Assembly: GCA_965197905.1 (NCBI GenBank)
Contig: CBDAOB010000003.1
Coordinates: 672,001-736,000, forward strand
Direction of reading: 5' to 3'
Length of the DNA stretch: 64,000 bases
Source of the DNA: Candidatus Latescibacterota bacterium
GTDB lineage: Bacteria; Latescibacterota; UBA2968; UBA8231
Shown: positions 21,101 to 31,500 of the stretch, one piece after another
Layout: every line of letters starts with the position of its first letter
Numbering within the stretch: the first letter of the stretch is position 1
Notes under the pieces: generated by a model
The model's input: only the letters and a program-made list of their open reading frames with translations
What the model was told of the DNA's origin: nothing
Databases searched by the model: none
Made by a program: the position numbers and the translations under genes

Positions 21101-24100
21101 TCGCCGCGGCTGGATCGATACTCCAGTCGACCAGGGACGACGCGGGCTCGTCGGTGGTCCAGACGATGGTAGCGGCGGTCTCGGTGATCCCCTGGAAGCT
21201 GGGGCCTGCAGTGATGGCCGGCGGCGTGCGATCGCTTTCCGCTGCGGTGGTGAATTCCGCCGATGCGCTGACGCTTTCGTTGCCAGCCACGTCCGTCACC
21301 GTCGCCGCGTATCTGTAGGCAGTCCCCGGTTGGAGGCCCGAAAGCACGACGCGGTGGAAGGTGAGAAACTCCGGATCTTCAGTGGTCCGGAGATCACCCG
21401 CACCGACTGCGACATCGCCACCGGAATCAGCAACAGGCTGATAACTAACGGCTACCGCCGTTGGCTCGTCGGTGGTCAGCTCCACCACCGTCTCCTCGGC
21501 ACCTGCCGAGATGACGATGGGTCCGGTGTTGATGCGGGGCGGACGACGATCGCCGGCAGCCCGCGTCGTCACTGAAAGCTGCTCACAGGTAGGTCCGTTG
21601 CCGCCGGCGTCGGTGGCGCAGACGGTCAGCTCGTAGGTCGTCGCCGGCTCCAACCCGACAACCCGGAGCTCGTGATTCGTCTCCTGGTTGCCCGAAGCCA
21701 GGTGAATCGCGCCGTCGGCGGAGAGCAAGGTAGCCGCAGTTGGTTCGTTGGTGGTGAAGGCCACCAGGAAACTGTTTTCACTCAGGCCCCGTACGATGGG
21801 CCGGCCGATCATCACCGGCGGCGCGATGTCCGGACCCGCCGGGGTAAGGAAATCGAGCGTCGACCACTGTACCCGGTTGCCGGCAGGATCGGTGCAAAAC
21901 GACTGGAAAAGAAACCGCGTACCCGGGGTCAGGTTAGTCAAGGTTACCACGTGGTTTTTCACGTCGGCAGGCACGATCACCCGCTCACCCCCGCTGTCGG
22001 CCAGGATCTTTGCCGCCACTGCCGGATTGAAGCCATTTGCCAACATCTTGGCGTTCGCTCCACCCATCGGACTGAAGAGGATCTCGCTGTCCGCCACCTC
22101 GTCCGTATCCCATTCGACGCGCACCCTATCGTGTTTGCGATCCACCACCACCGGCGGACCAAAGAACTTGGGCGGTTTGATATCGGCGGTCGTCTCGGTG
22201 CGGAAGCTTCCGGGCGCTTCCCCATCAGTGCCGAACGTCACGGTGTAGGCGTACTCGGTTCCGGGTACGAGGTTGAAAAGCACCACATCGTGCTCGGTAG
22301 CCAATCCGCGACTCTCAGCGACCTCATCAGCTGGTTGGTCCACAGGGTAGTAGGTCACCACTGCTTCTGCTGCTCGATCCAGGCGCAGGAAAACGGTAGC
22401 GCTGCGGTCTCCAATCCGCTGCACGACTGGACCCGCCGTCAGCTGCACCGGCTGCAACCTGCGACTCAAGCTTTCGAAACGGGTGATTGATGAAATCGTC
22501 TGGTTGCCACCTGCATCTTCAGCGATCACTTGAAACGAGTAAGGCGTGCCTTGTTGCAGGTTGGTGAGTTCGATGGCGTGCTGCTGCCGGCGCTCCAAAC
22601 CGCGTACCGAGTGAGTGGGTGCCGAAAGGTCTTCCGTCGTGCTTGCTGTAAGCTCCACCGAGGCGGGTTCGTCCAGCTCCAATCTCACCCGGGCAAAAGT
22701 GGCGGTGAGGTCGGTGGCGAACGGCGCGGTCACAAAAGCGGGCGGGGTCTGATCCGCCTCGGTATCGGTTGTGAATGACAGCGATGGCCCGCTGGTGCTG
22801 TTGTCGGTCTGATCCCGCGCTTCCAGGCCCACCCAGTAGGTGGTGCCCGGTTCCAGACCGGCCAGCTCGACCCGATGTGGTCGCTTGCGCTGAATGCTGG
22901 GAATCGTCTCGGCATCGTTCAAATCAGGATTGGTGGCGTAACTCAGCTCGAGCTCGACCGGCTCGTTGTAGGTTACTTCGACCACGGCGGAAACGGAGGA
23001 GATTCCCAGCACGTTGGGCCCCGTTTCGGTCAGCGGAGGTCGATCGTCCGCGGTACCCAGGGTTCGCAGGGCGAAGGAACGCTCCACCCCGTTGCCCTGG
23101 GCATCCAGCGCAAAAACGGTGACGCTGTATTTGGTATCCGGTTGCAGCTGCGTCAACTGCACCCGATGCCGCCGCGCGGGCTCGGCGATCGTGATAAGTC
23201 CACCATCGGCAGCGGCAACCTTGGCAGCTACTTCGACCTGAAAACGGAGGGACGCCGTCGTCGGCTCGCTGGTGCGCCAGATCACCGTGGCACGCTCGAA
23301 GCCAACCCCTTCGGCAAAGAGCTCGACGATCTCGGGAGGCAGAGTCGACCCCTGTGACGGGGTGTGAAAGGAACCCGTCCGCGCCCTCGATTCGTTGTTG
23401 GCCCCGTCCCGCATCAAAACCTCAAAGAAATAGTCGGTATCCGCTTCCAGGTTGGTGAGCTGGAGGGTGTGACTCATTTGCAGCTCGGCGCTCTCCTCGA
23501 AGACTGCTCCGTCCAGATTCGGATCCGTGCTTACGAGCAGCTGCACCCGCACAGGCTCGTCAGCGAAAAGCACCAGTACCGCGCTCTGATCCGTCAACCC
23601 TTCGATCGCGGGGCCTGCCAGGATTCCGGCCGACACCACATCGGGAGCCGACCGGGTTTCGAAGTCGCGCAGAGCGGAGCGGGTCTCGTTGCCGCTGGCG
23701 TCGCGCATGATCACCTGGAAGAAATGACGGGTCGATGGCTCAAGCTCCAGCAGCTGGATCTTGTGTTCGGACGCGAACTCGGTCCCCCCCACCAGCCGGC
23801 CATCGCTGATCTCCGCGTCGGTATCGAAGCGGATCTGAAGTGTGACCAGCTCGTCCGCCTCCAATGCGATCAGCGCCGAGGCGTCGGTGATCGCCGTTGC
23901 GGCGGGTCCGGCGGTAAATTCGGGCGGGGTCTCATCTGCTTCGATGCCGGTCGCAAAACTGCCGCTGCGCACCACGGATAGATTGCCGGTGACGTCCACC
24001 GACTGCGCTTCGAAGCTGTACCCCGTTCCGGCTTCGAGCCCTCCAAGCTGCACGAGGTGGTCCTCGGTTAGGTCGGCGACGACCACCTCGGTGCCACTCT

Positions 24101-24821
24101 CCTGGGTGGCGGCGGTCGCTTTCGATGCCGCCAGCCGAACGAAGCGAACCCTGCTGTCGGCCGGTTCGTCGGTGCGCCAGCGAACCACAGCGCTCTCTGT
24201 CGTCGTTCCTTCTACATAGGGATCGACGAGGAAGAGAGGCGCCGTGTCGTCCGGGGCCGATAGTGTCAACATCCGGCCGGCGTAAGCGTCAGATTCGTTG
24301 CCCAGGGCGTCGGTGGAGCGAATCTCGTAGCCAAACCAGATGCCCGGCCGCAGATCTTCGGCCGTCAGCCGGTGCTCTCGCGCGAGATCAGCACCGGCAA
24401 GCACGATCGTGCTCGGATCCAGCTGGTCCGGGTCCGGGTTGACCGTCGCCGCCCCCCCGTCTTCAGCCGTCAATTGCAGCGCGCTCGTCGCCGGCTCATC
24501 CGTGGACCAGTTGAAGGTGACCGACCGCTCCGTCGGAGCAGCGCCTACGTTGGAGATCAGCGGCGCGCGGAGATCAGCTTCGGTGGTGAAAGCGAAGCTG
24601 GCTTCCGAGGTGGCCCCCGACGGGTCTTGGACGACCACCTTCCAGGTGTAGGAAGTACCCGGGCCCAACTCGGAGGAGCTGTAGGACGCGGCATCTTGAC
24701 GGCTGGCCACCTGCTCCAGGGTGGATCCCGTCGGTCCCAGGAACAGATCGAAAACCAGCGGATCGAAGTCGACGTCACGGGCAGACCACGAAAACAGCGG
24801 GGCCAGTGGCGTATCCGCCAT
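18135..24821 (-). CDS. Giant secreted protein A, C-terminal segment: long Fn3-like repeat array, EF-hand/dockerin-like, cohesin-like and FlgD-Ig/T9SS-like CTD
   Basis: Repeats of WxTDEPA...H.V.L..L.P.T.Y, then DFDGDGTVSFSDFF and YPNYPNPFNP...RKLLLLR. In frame with the upstream ORF across a single TAG at 24852-24854. Confidence 0.85.
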   Translation of the reverse strand: MADTPLAPLFSWSARDVDFDPLVFDLFLGPTGSTLEQVASRQDAASYSSSELGPGTSYTWKVVVQDPSGATSEASFAFTTEADLRAPLISNVGAAPTERSVTFNWSTDEPATSALQLTAEDGGAATVNPDPDQLDPSTIVLAGADLAREHRLTAEDLRPGIWFGYEIRSTDALGNESDAYAGRMLTLSAPDDTAPLFLVDPYVEGTTTESAVVRWRTDEPADSRVRFVRLAASKATAATQESGTEVVVADLTEDHLVQLGGLEAGTGYSFEAQSVDVTGNLSVVRSGSFATGIEADETPPEFTAGPAATAITDASALIALEADELVTLQIRFDTDAEISDGRLVGGTEFASEHKIQLLELEPSTRHFFQVIMRDASGNETRSALRDFETRSAPDVVSAGILAGPAIEGLTDQSAVLVLFADEPVRVQLLVSTDPNLDGAVFEESAELQMSHTLQLTNLEADTDYFFEVLMRDGANNESRARTGSFHTPSQGSTLPPEIVELFAEGVGFERATVIWRTSEPTTASLRFQVEVAAKVAAADGGLITIAEPARRHRVQLTQLQPDTKYSVTVFALDAQGNGVERSFALRTLGTADDRPPLTETGPNVLGISSVSAVVEVTYNEPVELELSYATNPDLNDAETIPSIQRKRPHRVELAGLEPGTTYWVGLEARDQTDNSTSGPSLSFTTDTEADQTPPAFVTAPFATDLTATFARVRLELDEPASVELTASTTEDLSAPTHSVRGLERRQQHAIELTNLQQGTPYSFQVIAEDAGGNQTISSITRFESLSRRLQPVQLTAGPVVQRIGDRSATVFLRLDRAAEAVVTYYPVDQPADEVAESRGLATEHDVVLFNLVPGTEYAYTVTFGTDGEAPGSFRTETTADIKPPKFFGPPVVVDRKHDRVRVEWDTDEVADSEILFSPMGGANAKMLANGFNPAVAAKILADSGGERVIVPADVKNHVVTLTNLTPGTRFLFQSFCTDPAGNRVQWSTLDFLTPAGPDIAPPVMIGRPIVRGLSENSFLVAFTTNEPTAATLLSADGAIHLASGNQETNHELRVVGLEPATTYELTVCATDAGGNGPTCEQLSVTTRAAGDRRPPRINTGPIVISAGAEETVVELTTDEPTAVAVSYQPVADSGGDVAVGAGDLRTTEDPEFLTFHRVVLSGLQPGTAYRYAATVTDVAGNESVSASAEFTTAAESDRTPPAITAGPSFQGITETAATIVWTTDEPASSLVDWSIDPAAAKVAAAKVTATTQTVETLGRVERGDLVQQHRLTLADLLPGTSYHIIVTSKDLSSNSVTTDPNGTELFSRDHQFTTRGSRDVDPPTFSINPTVTWTNSTAVVAWGTNERAASRIDWRGGGERNFVEDNELVRDHSLTATGLTPRTAYRFLITAQDQAGNKLTWGSLDGPMKPVEGSAKILQPPGGAGFFVTENVADSQLPLIVDGPRVREKTANSLTISWDTDELSDSFVLYGSTDQLGEVVGLAQDVTQHAVTLTNLEPGSRYHYKIQSTDPSGNGATESTVAVASTAAEVDLVPPRFVEDPSVAASTDDEIALSWRTDEAAAARIEFEAPNGEMFTRQVERRQTTQLITVANLEVDTEYDLSIFVNDASQNETPEPFLLRVATDAEPDLEPPRIVDGPEVEAITDRTASIVWTTDELADSYVDYHVTPYLGLVVGSPQYGFEHKVMLTNLEPDRTYFFRVGSADRADNGPTVTAVTEFTTLEEPDLEPPAAPSGLQLMAGFSSILLEWTASAEEDLGAYSVYRENESGSFEPVATQLEEPRFLDENLEEGVLYRYRVTAQDHENPPNESALSEIAEGSPKEANVPGAPAILGLEQGATAGRPILVIENAVPVKAEDVLTYTVQVSTNSSFRDIVTCGGNIAEGFGGSTRWRVAKRLIPTERYWWRARASYGPFDGPWSRPVRLRPNQAVVPLTSEDFDGDGTVSFSDFFILANGFGSGDPVLDLDRDGNVGSGDLYQLKQKFGTQVASKLLFSQGAEVAEGSNIDLLAEATGGQVRVTMRISGVPRLSGYGLSIFADPPILRYVGRVDSAAVLGRPDRRLPLVLETDDLLHVADHLQGRVSAVELSESVEIELLFALEGPPRNVELQVQEGYLGRGAGRAWKVETVGRAKVLPRSFALYPNYPNPFNPSTLIPVGIPEGRHGEQARLTLYNVLGQIVRQWNLRDWQPGFQQIAWDGADDAGEWVASGVYLVRLNTTSFVQTRKLLLLR

Positions 24822-24851
24822 GCCGTCCGCCGGAAAACCAACGACGGGCGT

Positions 24852-27800
24852 CTACGGCGCATCGTTCACCCGCGTCCATATCAACGTAACCTCCTGGGTT
24901 GCCGTAGCACCCGTCGCCGGATCGGTCACGACAATGGTGGCCTCGGTTTCACCGAACGCGTTGACTACCGGCGCCAGATCGACGCCGTTATTGCTTGGGG
25001 TCGCCGTTGCGACCAGCACGCCATCGAATCCGAAGCCCGACCACAACAAGGTCGCGACGTCGGAATCGAGATCAGTGACGTTGGCGATCCCACCTACGTG
25101 AATCGGGTTGTCTTCCGCCGCGGAATATCTGAATCCCAGTTCCACGATGGTGGGTGCATCATCTACCGGCACCCAGGTCAGGGTCACGTCTTGAGAGGTG
25201 GTCAATTCGTATATATTGGTGCGAGTGATCCTCACGACGTCACTACCGTTGGCGTGCGGTACTGGAGTGAACGTGATCTTATCCCCTTCGATCGAGGAGG
25301 CGGCAATGAGCGTCTGATCCGTGCCTGACAGGGTCCAGGTACCGCTGTCCGCATCGATGCCGCTCAGATCGAGCACCAACGCGTGATCCTCGTCGGCGGT
25401 AGCATCAGCTATCTTGGCGAGGTCAGGTGGACCGTTGACGATGATGTCCAACGATGTCTGCGATTGCGCGCCACCCCCTCTCACCGTCAGGAATACGGTA
25501 TACGTGCCGGGTTTCGAGTAGGTCACAGTCACGGGTTGGGAGCGGTCTTCGTAGGATCGATTGTCATCCGCCCGCGGCTCCAGGAACCAAGTTAGGACGA
25601 TGCCCGAGGATTCGTCCGTGAACGTCACGCTCAACGGCGGGTTCCCTTGCGTCGGCGCGGCAGAGAAACCTGCGGTGACCGGAGGAGGTGCGATGTTGAG
25701 GCCGCCGCTCACACTGCCCTGGTAGTTGTCATCGCTCACGGTAACCGTAATCCCGAAAGAGCCGGGTCCTGCCGGCGGCCCCGGCAACGGCATGCCGAAT
25801 TCGTTGTAGGTGAAAATCACCTCCAACCCCGGCGGATCGGTGTTGGCACCGCCCGCTTTGGGATTGCCGTCGAACACCGCTTCCTGATTGTTGAGAGTGA
25901 TGGTCGCAGTTGCCTTCTCTACGTCGAAACTGCTGCTGGTTCCGGTCAGCCCCGACCCACTCGCGGTGAGCGTGCGACCGGTGCCGGCGCCGGATATGGT
26001 GACGTTTCCGGTAGCGGCCCCGCCTGCAGCCACGGTAAAGTTGACCTGAGACAGAGTTCCGGAGGGGCTGACGGACAAACTGACAGTTCCGCTGACGTCA
26101 AAATCGCGGTTGCCGAGGGCATCTTGTGCCACTACGCCCGGCTGTGGGGAAAGCTCCTGTAGATGTGTGGCTGTCGTCGGTTCGGAGGTGAACACCCACT
26201 GGGTGGCCACCACATCGATAGTCACCTTGTTGGCATCGCTGGCAGCAATCCCTGTCCCCAGTCCTCCCTGGGTGTAGGAGACGCCCAGCGGTGCGAAGTC
26301 GACTTTGAACGCATGACCATCGGTGACCGTCGCGGCAATCAGAGCGGTCACGATGTAGAAGGTCTCCGTGCCGGACGCGGGAGTCTCGGTAACGGTGGGG
26401 TTAACCGTCGTGACGCTGCCCAGGTTGACGGCGGCTTGCGTGCCGATCTTCGTATCTCCCGCGTCGAACACCGCGTTGGTGCTGCGGTAGAGCCGCAGTT
26501 CCGCGATCTCGCCGGCGGTCAATCCGGTTGCCGTAGACAGGTCCGCAAGCGTCAGGGCGATCCCCGTCAGGCTGGAAGGGGATCCGCCGTTGATGCCGAT
26601 GCTGAACAGCTGTACTCCCCCACCCGAACCCACCTTCGTCTCGCCGGCAAGCCCCGCCGCCGGAGTGCTCGCGTAAAACTCGGTCATGGTCAGGGACTGG
26701 TTCGTCGCCACACCGGTGAGAATCTGGATACCGCCGGAGAGCCAGGTGACGATGAGCGAGTCGATGGTAGCGACAAGGCCGGTCCCGAACTCGACGGGCA
26801 GCGACGGTTGCGAATAGTAGCCGGAGCCGCCGTCCACGTCTCGCCGCTGTTTGTTGGAGCCGGTGACGACTTCCACCTTGGCGCCGACTCCTTTCGAGGT
26901 GCTCTTGGTTCCCTTGAGGTCCACCCTCAGCCACTTGTTCGAATTGCCGTTGTTGCGGTAGAGCCGGTTGGGGGTACCGGTGCCGTTGACTACATAGAGG
27001 TCCATGTCGCCGTCGCCATCGTAATCGGCGAATGCAGTGCCGCGGCTGTTACCGCCATCTGGAAGCCCAGCACCAACTTCCACGGGTTTGAACTTGCCGG
27101 TGCCGTCGTTGTCGAAGAGGCGATTGGGTGTGCCCAGGTTAGCCAAAAAGAGATCGAGGTTGCCGTCGTTGTTGTAGTCGGTCCAGCCGATGCCGTGTCC
27201 GTTGGCCACATCCTCAAGTACGGACGAGGTAAGGGCGGTGAAAACTCCACCTCCGTCGTTGCGATAGAATTCGTTCGGATTGGGTGCCGATGTTTTTGCT
27301 TGGTAGAGATCCAGGTCGCCGTCGTTGTCGTAATCGGCCCATGCCACACCGCGTCCGGCCCCACCGTCGTTCACCGGCGATGCGGAAACGTCGGTGAAGG
27401 TGCCGCCATCGTTGCCGAAGAGCTTGTTGGCACCACCGCTGACCGACAGGTAGAGATCCGGGTCGCCGTCGTCGTCGTAGTCGCCCCAGGCGACGTCGTA
27501 GCCGTTGTCGCTGGTGCCTGTGGTGCCGCCCACGTCGGTGAAGGTGCCACTCCCATTGTTGTTGAACAGTCTGTTGGTTCCGCCGCTGTCGTTGGCCAGG
27601 TAGAAATCGAGATCGCCATCTTTGTCGTAATCAGACCAGGAGGCGCTGTTGCCGCTGCCGGCATCGTTGATCGGAGCCGCGGAAACATCGGTGAAACTGC
27701 CACCGCCGTCGTTGCGGAAGAGCTTATTCGCCTGGCTGCTGTATTGGACCAGGTAGAGGTCGAGATCGCCGTCGTTGTCGTAGTCGCCCCAGATGGTGCC

Positions 27801-28540
27801 GGTGCCATTACCTGCATCGGCCGTGGTGCCGCCCACGTCCGTGAAGGTGCCGTCGCCGTCGTTGGAATACAGCTTGTTGGCCTGGCCGAAGTTGGTGACG
27901 TAGAGATCCTGATGCCCGTCGCCGTCGTAGTCGCCCCAGGCTACCCCTTCCCCTTCTCCCGCGTCAGCGACCGAGGCGGAAGCTCCGATTTCGGTGAAGA
28001 AGGAGGTTGGTTCCGTAACGGTGAGGATCTGGTTGGTGGAGACGTTGGTTTGTACGGTCTCGAAGCCTGCCTGCCACTGAACGATGAGGGAGTCGATAGT
28101 GGTGGTACTGCCGAATCCGAACTCTACGGGGGGCGAAGCCTGGGTGCCGTCCGCCGCCGAGCTTTCCACTTGTCGCAACTGGCGGGTCGAGCCGGTGACG
28201 GCCGTTACAACGGCTCCGTAGCCATCCCTGTTTCCAGCCGTGCCGGTGGTTTTCACGTGCAGCCAGCGATTGCTGTTCCCCTGGTTCTGATACAGTAGGG
28301 TTGAGCCCCCGCAGCAGCGAGATATGTAAAGATCCACGTCGCCATCGTCATCGTAGTCCCCCCAGGCACCGCTGCTAAGCTGGCCCGCATTGGTGACACC
28401 CGCGGCAAAACCTACATCTCGACTGAACGCACCATTCCCCCTATTCAGGAAAAGTGCCGCGCTCAGATTGAGGTTGTTCCCATTGTAGAGATCCACGTCC
28501 CCGTCGTTGTCGAAGTCCAGCCAGGCGACCGAGTTGGCGC
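24852..28540 (-). CDS. Giant secreted protein A, middle segment: CRTAC1-like FG-GAP/VCBS repeats, ASPIC/UnbV, MBG-like, PKD and cadherin-like domains
   Basis: WGDYDNDGDLDLY repeats, GGSGYYSQ...VEFG, GNPPLSVTFTD...YSKPGTYTV and VNDAP. Frameshift near 28540 relative to the upstream ORF. Confidence 0.82.
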
Positions 28541-31500
28541 TTCGTCCTTCACTCCTACTGCCGCCGCAATCTCCTTGAACTGTCCGCTACCCTCGTTTCG
28601 GTAGAGTGCGTTTCCTACGCCGGCGTCTTGGTTGGTCAGATAGAGATCGAGATCGCCGTCGTTGTCGTAGTCCGCCCACACGGATCCTGTACCGCGGCCG
28701 GCGTGGTCCACGTTGACGCCCGCATTCCCGGCCACATCGGTGAAGGTCAGGTCACCCTGATTCCGGTAGAGCCGGTTCGCCTGGCCGTCCCGCGCCAAGT
28801 AAAGATCCAGGTCCCCGTCGTCGTCGTAGTCCGCCCATGAGGAGGCTCGGCCGTTACCTGTGTCATCCACACCTGCGGCATTGCCGACCTCGCTAAAAGT
28901 GCCGGACCCATCGTTGCGGTAGAGCCGATCTGGATTGGCGCCAGCGTAGTTGGCGACGTGAATGTCGCGATCGCCGTCGTTGTCGTAATCGCCCCAAAGA
29001 CCGGTATAACCAACGCCGTTATCGTCTACACCGGCCGCTGCCCCGACGCTGGTAAAGGTAGCGCCGTCGTTACGGTGCAAACGGTTCACGCCGTTCAGGG
29101 CAAGATAGAGATCGGGATCTCCATCTGAATCGTAGTCACCCCAGCCAATACCGAGTGGCTGATCGGTTTCTGTCAGGTTCACGGAAGCCGCGACATCGGT
29201 GAAAGAGCCGGCTCCGTCGTTTCTGTACAGTTTGGGGGTAGCTCCACCACCCGGTGACACATGTATATCGAGATCGCTGTCACCGTCGTAGTCGATCCAT
29301 CCTATGAAAAGGGCATTCGCGGTTGAGACGCCCACGTTTATTACCGTGTTCAGCGCCGGCTCCGTGATGGTGGTCACCTGATTGACAGAAACGTTCGATT
29401 CTACCTGCACGTGACCCGTGGCCCACCACACCTTGATCGAGTCCACCATCGAAGTCCCGCCCAGTCCGAACGTCTGTATTTGTGACGGCTGGGAACCATG
29501 GTACCCCGAGCCACCACTTACATCGCGCCGGTAGCTCGCGGCCCCCGAGAAAACCGACACAATGGAACCGATGCCGCTCTTCCCGGCCACTGTGCCCGCC
29601 AGCTTCACCCCCATCCAGTTGTTCGAGTTGCCGTTGTTGCGAAAGAGGTGATTGGGCGCAAGTTCGCGGGCGATGAAGAGATCCAGATCGCCGTCGCCGT
29701 CGTAGTCGGCCCAGGAAGTTCCTGTCGCGCTGCCACCGCCGTCGATGCCAGCGACTATCGCGATGTCGGTGAAGGTACCGTTGCCATTATTTCTATAGGT
29801 GCGGCCGGCGCTAGTGACGTTGGTAACCACTACATCCAGGTCGCCGTCCGAATCGAAATCGGCCCACGCTGCGCCCTGGCCGAATGAGGCATCGTCCACT
29901 CCAGCCGCGGCCGCTACATCGGTAAACGTCCCGTCAGAGTCGTTTCTGTAGAGATTATTGTTGGCCGGATTCCGATTAGGTACGTAGAGATCCGGATCGC
30001 CATCGTTGTCGTAATCGGCCCATGCCGATCCGCCGCCCTGGTTTACGTCATCGACTCCGGCAGCTGCCGCAACCTCGGTGAAGGTGCGATCACCGTCGTT
30101 GCTGTACAACCTGTTGGCTCCAATCCTCGACAAGTAGAAGTCCATGTCATGATCGTTGTCGTAGTCGATAAAGACGCCGTCGCTAGGGTTGCCCACAAAG
30201 TCTACGCCAGCACCGATAAAGACGCCGTCGCTAGGGTTGCCCACAAAGTCTACGCCAGCACCGGGCGCCGCATCGAAAAACGAACCGGTGCCGTCGTTTT
30301 GATACAACCGGTCGGCGGCACCCCAGTTGGGGATGAAGATGTCCAGGTCCCCGTCCCGGTCGAAATCGACCCACGACACACCAACGCCGGTCCCAGTCGC
30401 CGTCACGCCTGAGGCACTCGCAACCTCCGTAAACGTGCTGTTGCCGTTGTTGCGGTGGAGTAGATTGGTACCCGAAAGCCACCGGGTGACGAAGAGATCC
30501 AGGTCGCCGTCGTTGTCGTAATCGCCCCAGGAAGCGCCGTGGCTTTTCAGCACACCCCCGTCCACACCAGCACTGCTACCGACCTCTGTGAAGGTTCCGT
30601 TGTTATTGTTGCGGTAGAGGAGGTCGGCCGTGTTCTCGTAACCGACAAAGACATCTATGTCGCCATCGTTGTCGTAGTCCCCCCAGGCGACCCCGTTGCC
30701 CCAACCGTAGCCGTCGATGCCGGCAGCTTCTCCGAGCTCGGTGAAATCCGCCCGGTTCAAGAAGAGAACGAAAACCGCGCCCCGGTTGGGACCACCGTCA
30801 GTGTCGCGAAACTCTCCAACCACCATGTCGTTGATACCATCGTTGTCGAGATCGCCGATTCCATTAACCGACCTTCCGAAAAATTCGCTGTTGTTGATTG
30901 TGGCAGTGAAGTTCCCCTGGGTGTCGCTTATCTTTTGATCCTTCTTAGCCGTGCCGTCAGTCTTGAGCAGCAATACGTAGGCGGCGCCGCGATTGGGACC
31001 GCCGTCGTCGTCTTGAAACGCCCCCACCGCGATGTCGGGCACGGTGTCTCCGTCCACGTCGCCCAGGGCACCTACCGATATCCCGAATCGGTCGGTATCG
31101 CCGAGGAGGCCCGCGGTAATACCGCCTGTGGTATCGCTGATCTTCTGGTGACTCTTCACGGTACCGTCCGAATTCAGGAATAAAACCCAAACTGCGCCAC
31201 GGTCGGTACCGCCGTCGTCGTCTTGATTGGCCCCAACTACCAGGTCGTTGACCCCGTCCTTGTCGATGTCCCCTGGAGCCGCGGCGGCGAGACCAAATTG
31301 GTCGTTGTCGTCGAGGGTTCCCGTGAAACTGCCAGCAAGGTCGCTGATTTTCTGATGACTCTTAACTGTTCCATCATTATTCAGGAAAAGGATCCAGATG
31401 GCCCCTCTGGCGCTGCCGCCGTCGTCATCGCCCGCTGCACCAACGGCCAGGTCGTTGACGCCGTCGCTGTCTAGATCCCCCAAATTACTCGTGGAGTCAC

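Noticed and set aside
24852..24854. Amber recoding (pyrrolysine or alternative genetic code)
   Set aside because: TAG is a normal stop in other genes here (e.g. 5789, 8953, 17348) and the paralog has Ser TCG.
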